Source: Octopus sinensis (Eukaryota). From it: a DNA stretch of 64,000 bases. The notes below the pieces were generated by a model. The model saw only the letters and a list, made by a program, of their open reading frames with translations. It searched no databases and was not told the DNA's origin. The translations under genes and the position numbers were made by a program. This document shows, piece after piece, positions 1-11,738 of the stretch. The stretch is taken from NCBI RefSeq assembly GCF_006345805.1, contig NC_043005.1:39494001-39558000 (forward strand), read 5' to 3'. Position 1 is the first letter of the stretch. Each line of letters starts with the position of its first letter.

Positions 1-195
1 ATGCATTTTTTCGATATTATATAAGGGAAGTAACTCTCTAAAAATGTCTACGATGAGTCAACGATTTAAAAAATTTACCATCATTTTTTTCCATTTTAAT
101 GCATTTCTTTTTGCTATTTTGTGCTATAACTCTCTAAAAATGCTTATATAGTTATTTCCCTTACAAACCCGAGCAACGCCGGGCGATACTGCTAG
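1..195 (+). mobile_element. Non-autonomous Helitron-like element, 3' part (cut by window start)
   Basis: Ends in hairpin CCCGAGCAACGCCGGG followed by CTAG|T; same family as 4146-4538 and 24197-24590. Confidence 0.8.
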
Positions 196-764
196 TTATA
201 TCTAATCTATCTCTCTAAAAGATGCAAAGCAAGTAGCATTAAATGTTGAATGGATGTGAGCGAAAGAGAGTAAGTCCATTCCAGTTTACAACACATTATA
301 GAATATCTCAAACCATAAATGAAGGGTGGAGAGGAGTGAAGGAGGAGTCATGTTTCCTCTGCGGGGTTACAGAAGTAATAAGCACTGAAAAGTGGAGTTT
401 GCGTATTATTTTTGTTCATAGTTTACAATTATTTCTACAAATTCATTTTGACTATCTTCAATCATGTTTGTTTATAAACGTGACCGCTGTGCCGTCACTA
501 TAAACATTGATTAATGTCCTATATTTAAGCGATAGACAAACACTTCAGCATATTATTTGTTGTAGAGAGTTGCGAGGGATCATTTCTATGAACGGGGTAT
601 CTGTACAACAGATACGATACATCATAATTGTGGAGTCGTTTAAAAACACGATGCAGATTAAGTCAACATGGAATTTTTGAACAATCATAAATTGTTCTAT
701 ATTTTAGAGATGAGGAATTCTGTATAATATTTACATTTTTTACATGGACGGATATTTGGCCTCA

Positions 765-845
765 TCTTGTTTGTTGCTACCACAAAATTTCGGTGATTAC
801 TCTCCAGCCTTCATCAGGTGTCCTGGTAGAATTTTGAATCCAACC
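765..845 (-). mobile_element. PLE terminal-repeat (pLTR) remnant with a degenerate hammerhead motif
   Basis: Reverse complement GACAC-CTGATGA-AGGCTGGAGAGTAATCACC-GAAA-TTTTGTG is homologous to the copies at 14016-14061 and 14478-14523. Confidence 0.7.
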
Positions 846-1114
846 TAGGTTCTAAGGTGCCAAGCAGTGTGAATGAACCCGAAACTATGTGGTGGTATGG
901 CCGGTCCGGGAGTCACCTTTGCTTTCGCGCATTTTACGTCTTAGCCGTGGGAGACGTCTATATTGCTAAGAGTTATAAAAAGTGTGAAACAAATGGTAAC
1001 GTCCTGACTGGTCGTAAACCACAACACATTAGATATTACTACGATATATCTAAAAAAAAACATTTACTGTCTCAGTCATTCGACATATTCTATCGGTTAA
1101 TTTCGTCGAACTTC

Positions 1115-1285
1115 TAAGTGCGGGGATGGAAAGGAAGTCAACAAGCGGTGTCTGGGACAAGCACGAAGCTAGCCCCTCGGCCCACAAACACGTATATACG
1201 ACGGGCTTTTTCAGTTTCCATCGTCCAAATCTATTTGACCTAGTGACCAGGCAGCAAAACTTCTTGTCACACATCCACTCTTACG

Positions 1286-1344
<59 letters not shown>

Positions 1345-1450
1345 ATATATACACGTCCCCGTAGCTTAGCGTTTTGGAAAAAGAAACGATAGAATAAGTG
1401 CTAGGGTTCCAAAGAGTAAGTCCTGGGGTCGATTTCTATAACTAAAAAAC
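1115..1450 (+). mobile_element. Degraded composite tRNA-derived SINE (family B) with internal (TA)n
   Basis: Contains the family-B 3' half (cgtccccgtagcttagcg...gatagaataagtgctagg...gtcctggggtcgat) after a (TA)n tract. Confidence 0.65.
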
Positions 1451-2085
1451 TTCAAACTCTGGCTTGTTGTTCTTTCACTGTCTTCGTCGTTTTTTTCTGT
1501 AAATTTGAACTACAACACACACGCGCGCGCGCGCACGCACAACACACACACACACAACACACACACACGGCACACATACAACGCACACACATATATATAT
1601 AGGTAAAAGAGTAATGAGTGCGTGCGTTACATAAATAATATCTTCAGGATTAAATAAAAAGACAACAAACGGAAAATATGACATCTATATATATATAATT
1701 AAAAATAAACGTATTGTAAATAAACAAACGAACACATACTAAATGCACAGGCGAACAGAAAAACACACAAGGTCACAAATTCTTCATCAGTTATCAGCAA
1801 GAGGAGTCAAACGCAATTTCGGGCATTATCGATACTATTGTTTCTTCGCTGTTCGCAAAAAAGTTCGTATTCCATATTTCGTATTCGTATTTCGTATTTC
1901 CTGTTGTACCTTCTGTGACGTCCTGACCCATATATGCATATGTATATACATATATATATATATGTAATATACATACACACACATACATACATATACATAC
2001 ATACATACTACATACATTACATACATATACACAACATACATACATACATACATACATACATACATACATACATAATACATACATA

Positions 2086-2156
<71 letters not shown>

Positions 2157-2373
2157 CATACATAAAATTGTTTCGACACATTTTTTACAATGTTCATTGG
2201 TGAGATGTTGTGTAATCATTATCACCAATTCAAGGTGTGAAATGCACTTCTTTGAGTAAGACTTTTATACGAGCTTTATATAGCATTACCACAAGGGTTT
2301 TACCCGTATATTTACTCGCGTATGTGTGTATATGTATAAAAGCGGAGCAAGAGTACACACGAAGACAGAAAGT

Positions 2374-2415
2374 GTCGCTGAAGAGTTCACAGAGTGTGAC
2401 GAAAGATTTCCGGAC
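2374..2415 (+). ncRNA. Minimal type I hammerhead-like motif
   Basis: TCG-CTGAAGA-GTTCAC(agagt)GTGAC-GAAA-GATTT-C-CGG: core intact, stem II has a bulge, stem I is only about 3 bp. Confidence 0.4.
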
Positions 2416-2674
2416 GAATAAACATAATTAGAATAAGAACAGTAATAAAATTGAGTGAAAGGGAATTATATAGTGCGCCTGGTTTATTTGGCAAAAAGAG
2501 GGAAAAAATAACTATCTCGAAATACAACAATATCTGTTTCAACGCACGGTTTCACATCAGAATCTTGCAGCACACATATATAAAAGGATATATTTACAGA
2601 AAACAACAAAGACGAAGACGGTGCAGGAAATAACAAGAAGGTGCATTAGTTTGATGAATATATATATAGAGGAG

Positions 2675-2777
2675 AATACCAAACGAGTTCCCTATGGATA
2701 CCGTATTTATTACAACGAGTGGCTTGTAAAACGTAGTTGTAATAAATACGGTATCCATAGGGAATGAGTTTGGTATT
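2675..2777. repeat. Palindromic hairpin with a 29-bp perfect stem and 19-nt loop
   Basis: 2688-2716 is the exact reverse complement of 2736-2764; an outer 10-bp stem (2675-2684/2768-2777) follows a 3x3 internal loop. Confidence 0.9.
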
Positions 2778-2873
2778 TTATTTATTACCCACGAATAAAC
2801 GACCATATTTTATTAACCCAATAACTAAATTCTTCACGTTTAGTTGTAACTTATGAATGACAAAAGTAGTGCC

Positions 2874-2976
2874 GTCACCGTGACGTCGGGTCATCACCAT
2901 GGATTGACCAATCAGAAGCAGCGCTGTCACCGTGACCTCGGGTCACACCATGGATTGACCAATCAGAAGCAGCGCT
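2874..2976 (+). repeat. Tandem repeat, 2 x ~52 bp, each unit with a CCAAT motif
   Basis: gtcaccgtgac(g/c)tcgggtca(t)caccatggattgaccaatcagaagcagcgct occurs twice. Confidence 0.9.
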
Positions 2977-3107
2977 CGCAGTATCTGACATATGTTAGAT
3001 ACCCAAAATATCTCAAAGTGTTCTCACTCACATGTGTGTAATAATAAATATATATATATATATATTAGTTGTAGGAAGAAACGAAGATTTAACAAATTCC
3101 TTTTATT

Positions 3108-3193
3108 ATTTTCTACATATGTTTCAAAGGCTGCAAAGTCCCTAATTCGGATTGAATAAGGAGTCCATTTTGCAGCCTTCTCTTCAGGAAAAT
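3108..3193 (-). ncRNA. Type I hammerhead ribozyme with a complete core
   Basis: Minus strand: ATTTTC-CTGAAGA-GAAGGCTGCAAA...TTTGCAGCCTTT-GAA-ACATATGT-A-GAAAAT; 6-bp stem I, 12-bp stem II, palindromic stem III, GUA site. Confidence 0.8.
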
Positions 3194-3600
3194 CCAGGAC
3201 TTAATTCTCAAACAAATGCACACAAGCTTTTCACAAACGCTCACGAGAGCCCAGGAATAAATCACAAACGCTATCTAATGCGTTGACGCCAGGCATGAAG
3301 TGAATAAATGGCACAAACAGGTGAATAGTCTATGACTGGTGAATTTGAGGAAAGCAAGAAGAGAATGAACAGAACGAGAAAACAGTGAAGAGTCGTCCGT
3401 TTAAGATAGTTCAAGGTCAGAATCCGGTGGTTAGGAGAAGGGGGGGGGGTAAAGGAAAATCAGAAGAGTGTGAATGTATTCTGTATGACGGTGTTTATAT
3501 TTGAATTTTTTAGAATGAGTGCTAGAGGTTTGAGTGTGAAAAATTGCTTTCAGTATGTGATGTGTGTGTGCGTTCTATGTTGTTGGCATGTATTTCGAGG
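3194..3600 (-). mobile_element. 3' end of a Penelope-like element (degraded), upstream of the hammerhead
   Basis: Minus strand has a remnant resembling the GIY-YIG C-terminus (KQFFTLKPLA) followed by a pyrimidine-rich 3' region leading into the hammerhead. Confidence 0.5.
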
Positions 3601-3998
3601 CAGGGCAGCAGAGATTAGAGAGAGATATATAGCAGGTATTAATGGTCAAGCAACAGAAAGACTGTATATATATATATAAATTAGAAAAAAACACCTTTTA
3701 TCAATTCATGATATATACGATTATTTATTATTGTTGCACATTACTTAATCATCGGTATATATTATTTATATTTAATATTTCTATTATATGTAATTTTCTA
3801 GATGGTGTAATTAATTGTTCATTTTGAATTGATAAAAGGTGTTTTTTTAATTTTTTTATATATATTTTTATAATATTATATTTCGTGGAAATTTGAATTA
3901 GTATTTCTAAATTGAATTTTTCCCTGTAAGTTATGTATAATATTCCATATTTTATATATATATATATTATACTATATATATATATATGTGTTGTATAT

Positions 3999-4095
<97 letters not shown>

Positions 4096-4114
4096 TATAT
4101 ACTGTATATATATG

Positions 4115-4145
<31 letters not shown>

Positions 4146-4146
<1 letters not shown>

Positions 4147-4538
4147 CTTTATATATAAAAGTGAAGTTGTGTGTCTGTCTCCTACGATTTAGATTCCTAA
4201 CTACTCCCTCATTTTGCGGTGCAGTGTAACCAAAAGCGGGTATCTTATAGTCGTGATTCATATCGAGCCCTTCTGGGTATTAGCGCACGTCTACGATGAG
4301 TTTACGATTTAAAAAAAAATTACCATAATTTTTCCGCTTTTTTAATGCATTTTCGCTCGGTTTATATAAGGGAAGTAACTCTCTAAAAATGTATTATTAA
4401 ATCTCGAATGTAAAAAGCTACAGTAACACTCCCCTTTGTGGTTAGCCATATTGAGATGGCTATTATACTTTACATCTCTAAAAATGCTATATAGTTATTT
4501 CCCTTACAAACCCGAGCAACGCCGGGGCGACATGCTAG
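4146..4538 (+). mobile_element. Non-autonomous Helitron-like element, complete
   Basis: 5' TC, 3' hairpin CCCGAGCAACGCCGGG plus CTAG, inserted between A and T with no TSD; three copies in the window. Confidence 0.85.
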
Positions 4539-4555
4539 TATATATATATATATAC

Positions 4556-4690
4556 CTATTTATTCTTTTATTTGTTTACAGTCATTTGACTTTGGCCATG
4601 CTGGAGCACTGCCTTTAGTCGAGCAAATCGACTCTAGGGATTATTCTTTGTAAGCCTAGTACTTATTCTATCGGTCTGTTTTTGCCACAC
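4556..4690 (-). mobile_element. SINE family B, 3' half
   Basis: cagtcatttgac..ggccatgctggagcactgcctttagtcgagcaaatcgac...ttgtaagcctagtacttattctatcggtc. Confidence 0.85.
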
Positions 4691-5252
4691 ACACACACAT
4701 ATATACACACACCCACACACATACATATATACACATACGCACACACACTCACACACGTATACACACATACATCTTGTTGATTCTTGGGAGGTCATTATGC
4801 CAATAACGATATGGTTACACATCTGACCAACTTCGTAATCGATCGTTTGTTTGGTTAAACAATCAAAGTTTTATTCTTCGTGAAAGTCCGTTCGTCGCTA
4901 TTTTCGCGACCTTTCAATAGCTTGTCCTTTCTCTTCAACGTTGCCCTGAAATTTGGCCGCGAATTAATCTTATGTCTGCGTGCATATGCATGCCTTTCTA
5001 TGTGTGTGTGATGTGTGTGTGATGTGTGTTTGCTTAGAAGAATAAGGGTGAGAGGAAAGGATATTGCGTTTGCGTGCGAGAGTGTGTATGTGTGTGTGTG
5101 TGTGTGTTGTGCGTATGTGTGTGGTTGTGTGTACACTCGTGTGACTACTTGCATGTGTATGTGTACGTGTGTGTTAGTGTGTGTAGCCATCCATGACTAG
5201 GTATGTGTATGTATAACTGTGTCTATATACGCACATAGATTTATATGCAAGA

Positions 5253-5476
5253 GGCGGCGAGCTGGCAGAAGCGTTAGCACGCCGGCGAAATGCTTAGCAG
5301 TATTTCGTCTACGTTCTGAGTTCAAATTCCGCCGAGGTCGACTTTGCCTTTCATCCTCTCGGGGTCGATAAATAAAGTACCAGTTTCGCACTGGGTCGAT
5401 GTAATCGACTTAATCCGTTTGTCTGTCCTTGTTTGTCCCCTCTATGTTTAGCCCCTTGTGGGTGGTTAGCAAAGAA
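5253..5476 (+). mobile_element. tRNA-derived SINE (family A)
   Basis: A-box-like TGGCAGAAGCGTTAG and B-box GAGTTCAAATTCC, then the conserved body ggggtcgataaataaagtaccag; at least five copies in the window. Confidence 0.9.
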
Positions 5477-5504
5477 TATATATAATGTATATATGTGAAT
5501 AGAA

Positions 5505-5741
5505 GCAGGCGTGACTGTGTTGTAAGCTGTTCCGGGTTCAGTCCAGCGTGCTGGCACTTTGAGCGGGGTGTTTCTACTATAGCCCTGGGTCGACTAAACC
5601 CTTGTGAGTAGATTTGGTTGACGGAATCTGAAAAAGCTTGTCATATATGTGTTTATCAATATTTAGCAGAAGCAACAGAGTGACTCGGGGGGCGAGAGTT
5701 TCGTTCATTGACACTTGTCAAACTACACACAGACACACAAA

Positions 5742-5779
<38 letters not shown>

Positions 5780-6075
5780 ACACACCACACCACACACATA
5801 CATATGCATGAGTGGCTGTGTGGTAAGTAGCCTGCTTACCAACTACATGGTTCTGGTTCAGCCCCATTACGCGACGCCTTGGTCTTCTACTAGAGCCTCA
5901 GGCCAACCAAAGCCTTGTGAGTGAATTTGGTAGACGGAAACTGTGTGTGTGTTGTGTTTGTCCCCCGATGGTGGCATGTATATACATAATAATATTATGT
6001 TCTTTCTTGCGAAATATATAGAATTACTTTAAAGAAGTGTTCGGGTCGAAACAAGTAAAAGAATAAAAGAAAGAA
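5505..6075 (+). mobile_element. Two degraded family-B SINE 5' halves plus a tail remnant
   Basis: 5505-5645 and 5806-5945 match the family-B head (ggctgtgtggtaag...ccttgtgagtg.atttggtagacggaaactg); tail gaaacaagtaaaagaataaaaga lies near 6050. Confidence 0.75.
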
Positions 6076-6173
6076 AAGAAAGAATATATATATATAGATA
6101 TATGTACATTTTTACTTTTATATACATATTTATATTTATTGCATATCTTTTACTTTTTTATATTTATATATAA

Positions 6174-7410
6174 CTAGCAGAGATACCCGGCGTTACCCGA
6201 TTACATTCAATTGGAGAATTAGACTTTCTGTTATATCTTCTGTGATGAACTGGAATATCTATGTTTCGAATTTCATCAAAATTGCAGATGAGGGTTATTT
6301 CAATCTTTACACACCCTAAAAAATTGTAATCGTGCCACATGTATCCCATAATCCTGATTTTTATGCGCATATTCCAAAATCCAGTCTTATTTAACTTGTT
6401 AAAAAGATTTTGTTCCTGAAAAATGAAGGTCATGGAGCTCTAAAATGTGAGAGTTAAGGCCCCTGTTGGGGGTGGGGTGGCATCTTAATGTCAACCAGAG
6501 AAGTTGAATTGTTGAAAATCTTTTTAACTTGGGTCTTATATCTATTGTTTGAATTTCTTTGAAATAGGAAATATATGTTCACTGGGTTTGTAAAAGAGAG
6601 CAAAGCTACAGGAAACCAAAAGACGAATGATCACAATAAGCAGTCAGTTACCCTACCCTAGTCGTTACCACTCCTAATGTAGGATTCCTCACCATCCAGG
6701 TGACAGGTAAGATGCATTACCAACGTGTTTGACTGTGAGTGAGAGTAAGGAGAAATGAAAGTGTCACCTCTGTAGTTTGCAAATGACCACTATACTGATA
6801 CGTAACTGGACAGAATAAATTTAAAATCTATAAATGTCTTCGAATAACCAGTCACTCATCTGGGAAGGCCTTGAAATCAATGTTACCATCTGGGGACTAT
6901 GTGTGACCGAGTGATAATAAAAAGACTGAAAGGAGGTCTGCAATCAAATAAATTTTACTCTACACTTTGCAACTGAATCAGTGGAGGCAAAGATGCCTCT
7001 CATTTACTTGACAATTTATGCCAGTGTGTATGTCAAAGCAAACTGTTACACTGTTGTACCATTGAATTACAAATAATGCTCATCTTTTATGCTCGGGTAA
7101 CCCTACAGCTTCCAAGAGCAAACTGTATGTATTCTTTTTGCTTAGATAAAATGACAAAATTGTGTTGTTAAGTCCCCATGGAGGGGTCTTTCTAACTTTG
7201 TAAGATGAAATTTTATAGATATTACTTCATTTGTGTCTAATGTCTATGGTTAAAATTTCATCAACAGCAAAATATATGAATTGTCATGGGTGTTATGGCC
7301 CTTATGCATAGAATATAATTTCCAAATTTCATAAAGATCCATTCAGTACTTTTGACCAAGTTTTGGATCATAAAAGAAATTACTAAAATTTGGGATTTAA
7401 GGCTCCATTA
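6174..7410 (-). mobile_element. Putative non-autonomous Helitron-like element
   Basis: Minus-strand 3' end CGGGTAACGCCGGG...CTAG at 6174-6200; internal 'aatttcat' blocks; the 5' boundary is uncertain. Confidence 0.5.
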
Positions 7411-7755
7411 GGTGTATATATATATATAATATATATATATATATATTATATATATATATAGATACACACACACATGCACACATACAAAGATAAATTGATA
7501 GATACAACTGAGTGAGCAAACAAAAATATGAGACACAGCCTAGTGCTTTTTTATGTTGATAAGCCTAGTACTTACTCTATTAGTTTGTTCTTGTGAAACC
7601 AGTAAGTTATGTGGATGTAAATAAGTGAACAGCAGTTGTGAAGCAGTGATGAGGCGAAACACAGAGACAAAGACACACACATACACTTACATATATACAT
7701 ACATATATATACGATTTATTTGTTACAGTTCCTGTCAATCCATAAATCCATATAT

Positions 7756-9306
7756 TTGTTGTTGGCATCCTTTTTGTCTCGGGAGACAATGGAGTTGCGC
7801 ATAAAATAATCTAGTCCGGCTTTTACATTTCATGTCCTAATACATCTCTGCTGTGGCTGTGTAGTCCTATCCGGGACAAACACTCCCTCTGGCAGGTGCC
7901 GTAATGTAGCGAAGACTTTGCTCTGAATGTCATAGTTTCTTGTTGACGTCTTTTCTTGTCTTTCCATTTCTCCTTTCTCACTATGTCACTCCTTTGTGTT
8001 CCCTCTTTCACGGTACGTCGCCAATCTCCACGGTTGCTGGCAACTGCTTCCCAGTTGGTAATATTGATGTTGCAGGCATTCATGTCCCTTTTGCAAACAT
8101 CCTTGTATCGTAAGAACGGTCTTCCCACAGACCTAGTGCCCCTAGCAAGCTCTCCGTTGAGTATGTCCTTGGGGATTCTGCCATCTTCCATACGGCTAAC
8201 ATGTCAAGCCATCTCATACGTCTTTGTGTGAAGAGTGCAAACATGCTTGGTATTCCTGCTTGCTTGAGGACATCTTTGTTAGGGACATGATTCTGCCATT
8301 TGATGCGATGGATTTTCCGGAGACAGCGCAGGTGAAAGATATTTAGGCGACGTATGGCGTCGTATGGCGTGTGTATGTCGTCAAAGTCATACAGTAGAGT
8401 GCTAAGTACACATGCCTGGTAAATCTTCATTTTTGTGGTCTTGGTCAGCTTATTGTTGTCCCATGCGCGTTTGGTGAGTTGGGCCATCACAGCAGCTGCC
8501 TTGCCAATGCGTATATTGAGCTCAGCATCAAGGGATAGGTTGTAGGTGACGGTAGAGCCAAGATAGGTAAACTTCTCCACCTCCTATACTCTGTGGTCTC
8601 CAATATGTATGTTTGGGATGTCCGATGTAGCCTGACCCATGATGTTGGTCTTCTTGAGGCTGATAACTAAGCCAAGTTGCCAAATGCTTGCTCAAAACAG
8701 TTGCTGAGCCTTCGTAGGGCTTCTTCTGTGTGTGACCAGAGCGGCATCATCAGCAAATAGCATCTCCTTGATCAGGATGCTTCTGATTTTGGTCTTGGCA
8801 CGCAGACGCGAGAGATTGAACAGTTCCCATCACTTCTACTGTGCAGAAACACTCCATCATCTGATGTCTCAAAGGCATGTGACAGCAGCAGCGAGAAGAA
8901 GAGCCAAATAATGTAGGAGCAAGGACACAACCTTGCTCCCCCATTTATTTGGAAGGCGGCTGATGTTGAACCATTGTGCTGTATGGTGCCTTGCATATTA
9001 GCATGGAATGATTTGATGATCCTCAGCAGCTTTGGTGGACATCCGATTTTTTGGAGCAGGATGAAGAGGCCTTTTCTACTTACCAAGTCAAACCTTTGTC
9101 AGATCAATGAAGGCCATATATAATGGCATGTTCTGCTCTCTGGACTTCTGAAGTTGGCGTATGGAGAATATCATGTCAATAGTTGATCTGCTTCTAAAGC
9201 CACACTGCGATTCTGGATAAATTCGAGAAGCAATAGTTGCAGCCTGGACAGGATAATGCGAGCAGAGGCCTTGTCCAACTGTGCTTAGAAGAGATATTCC
9301 ACGGGT
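7756..9306 (-). mobile_element. RTE-clade LINE, 3' half (RT and C-terminus), frameshifted, cut by the N-gap
   Basis: Motifs YPESQCGF, MAFIDLTK, QGCVLAPTLF, LFADDA, FTYLGS, GRP..RYKD and C-terminal CQRECLSRIGLHSH; short (CAA)n tail near 7756. Confidence 0.93.
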
Positions 9307-9406
9307 NNNNNNNNNNNNNNNNNNNNNNNNNNNNNNNNNNNNNNNNNNNNNNNNNNNNNNNNNNNNNNNNNNNNNNNNNNNNNNNNNNNNNNNNNNNNNN
9401 NNNNNN
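9307..9406. other. Assembly gap (100 N)
   Basis: Run of 100 N. Confidence 1.
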
Positions 9407-9849
9407 TATCATTGGTTAAAATTCGAATTATTAAACAACGTTAAACTTAGAAATTATAATTCCGTTTTCATTTTGGTTTACAATTATGTTTTCTTTTGAC
9501 AAATTCTACCAGTATACGAAGTTTCAAATTGTTTGGTTAACTAGGAAAATCTGGCTTTCAAAAAGAAAAGATCCCGAAAAAGATTCTATGTAGGATCTCA
9601 ATCTGATAGAACTAACAAATAGATATTCTAAATATCCTCCATCAAAGTACATTTAACAATGTAGTTTTTGGTAGATTAAGGTTTGGAATTCGATGGTATG
9701 ATCCCACCTAGAATGTTTTGGGTATTATGTTTAATTGATCAAAAGTACTATGACTCTCCTTGCTACATTCATAATATAACATGATATTCGTTGGTGACTT
9801 GACACGCTATGTTCTTAAAATGTCATTGGAGTCAACCACATTAGTGTGG

Positions 9850-10105
9850 TTCAAACTCTCTTAGCTCTTGAATCCTCCAATATTTTCAGCACAAAGGACA
9901 ATGAGCCTTCTCGAAACATCCAGATTGTTCGTTTTCCTCTTAGCTCCATTCGGCCGACTCCCATCGCTAAAATGTCGTCCCGGAACGTACTTCACTATGT
10001 CTTCCTTGGTCTTCAACTTGGTCATTTTTCTCCTTCAGGCGTTCACTCCACCACGATGGTAGCATATCTATCCTTGATTTGCGCCAGTAGATCGCCCGAT
10101 CAAGA
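9850..10105 (-). mobile_element. Degraded RTE-like LINE 3' fragment
   Basis: Minus-strand translation with stops and frameshifts, DRYATIVVE*TPEG..RPRKT..TFRDDILAMGV, resembles the RTE W.P.G.R..GRPR..W.D motif. Confidence 0.55.
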
Positions 10106-10170
10106 TAAATAACGAAGCATTAGCGCCAAGTAGTATTATTTACCTTGGTCGGGCGATCTACTGGTGCAAA
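10078..10170 (+). repeat. Hairpin with a 35-bp stem and 23-nt loop
   Basis: 10078-10112 pairs with 10136-10170 with one A/C mismatch and two G-U pairs. Confidence 0.9.
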
Positions 10171-10512
10171 CCAGTCAAAGAGCTTACTGACTTACATATA
10201 ATGCTCCAGCTTTATCAAGTTGGTTCCAAATTGCCTCACTAAGGTACACCTCATTGACAAGAGCCAAAAACCCGAAACATCGATGTCTGGGATTCCTAAC
10301 AGATGGCAACACTGAACGAACTGACCGTTTTCACACCTTTTTACCATAAGGGTGATTTTTTACTCCATGGTAATTGCAGTGTATTTGCCTTTTAGCAGTT
10401 GAAATATGTAGCAAACATATTTCAATTAGCCTAAATTCTACTCATAGCTAAACACTGCTTTTAACGCTAATGCTTCACTTTCCTCCGTTTTCCTTTTCTA
10501 TTGGACTTCCTC

Positions 10513-10550
10513 TGTTTCTGAAGAAGAGCTCTACTCGAAACGTTAAAACA
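10513..10550 (+). ncRNA. Minimal type I hammerhead motif in a PLE-related repeat
   Basis: TGTTT-CTGAAGA-A-GAG(ctcta)CTC-GAA-ACGT-T-AAAACA; stem III is the loopless palindrome ACGT. Confidence 0.6.
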
Positions 10551-10966
10551 TCTTTCATTCCTTCCCTGAGCATCTGCTAATACTTTACATGTACTACGTC
10601 CTCGCGTCATTGTTTTTTTGTGGGGGGATTTACTCATATATATATATATATGAATATATAATATATATATATATATATATATACCAGAGTAAGCACATAA
10701 TGTGAAAATCAGGTAGGAAAATAGTACTCGAATACCGGATGTAGACTAATATACCACTTAATAATAATATATATATACTAACAGTAATACCCGTCGTTGA
10801 TCGGATAATTACTTTTACATTTTCTCGGGAGCCACATTCAAAGTATTATTATATATATAATTTACTCCTCTTGTATGTATGTATTCTACAAGAGAAAACA
10901 TTTAATAATTCAAGTAGAACAAGAATCAGTTTGATACACGAAATTCTGTTTTCATTTTATATATAT

Positions 10967-11072
10967 ATACATACATACATACATACATACATACATACAT
11001 ACATACATACATACATACATACATACATACATACATACATACATACATACATACATACATACATACATACAT
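10967..11072. repeat. (TACA)n microsatellite
   Basis: Direct reading. Confidence 0.98.
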
Positions 11073-11344
11073 GACATACATAGATAGATATACACATATA
11101 TGTTTTATGTATGTATGTATGTATGTATGTATGAATGAATGTATGTATATAAGTGATGCATGTCGGCGATTTCTTTTTCTTCATTGAACTTTTCCTCTTC
11201 TCCTCTCCGACAAAGAATTATGCTCGAAACGTCAAACTATCGCTTTTCACCGAGCGTCAAGCTAAAACATTTTTTATGTATGTCCTCTTGTTTTCCGTTA
11301 ATTTTACACGTTTATTTGAATTGACTACACACACACACACATAC

Positions 11345-11382
<38 letters not shown>

Positions 11383-11678
11383 AAACCTTACTTGGAGGAA
11401 ACGAAATGAAACGAAACGAAACGACGCGAGGGCGCTCAGTCATACAATAGTGTAATAAATAAAATATATGCATACATGCATACATATATGTACGTACCTA
11501 CATCTACATGTATATATACATGCATATATAAATATATATACGTACAGGACACCACAAACAGACGTAGAACTCAACGAGAAACGAAAACGTAAAAACAAAC
11601 ATGGAAACGGACCTTTTTTTTAACAACGAAAAAACAGAGTACAAGACAAACAACACAAGGAAAATTCCCCTTCATCAG

Positions 11679-11738
<60 letters not shown>

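Noticed and set aside
3955-4145. Recurrent single-base phase slips in (TA)n arrays as a possible code
   Set aside because: Irregular, and typical of slippage or long-read indel errors
5253-5345. tRNA genes at SINE heads
   Set aside because: A/B-box-like motifs are present but no complete cloverleaf, and each continues into a SINE body
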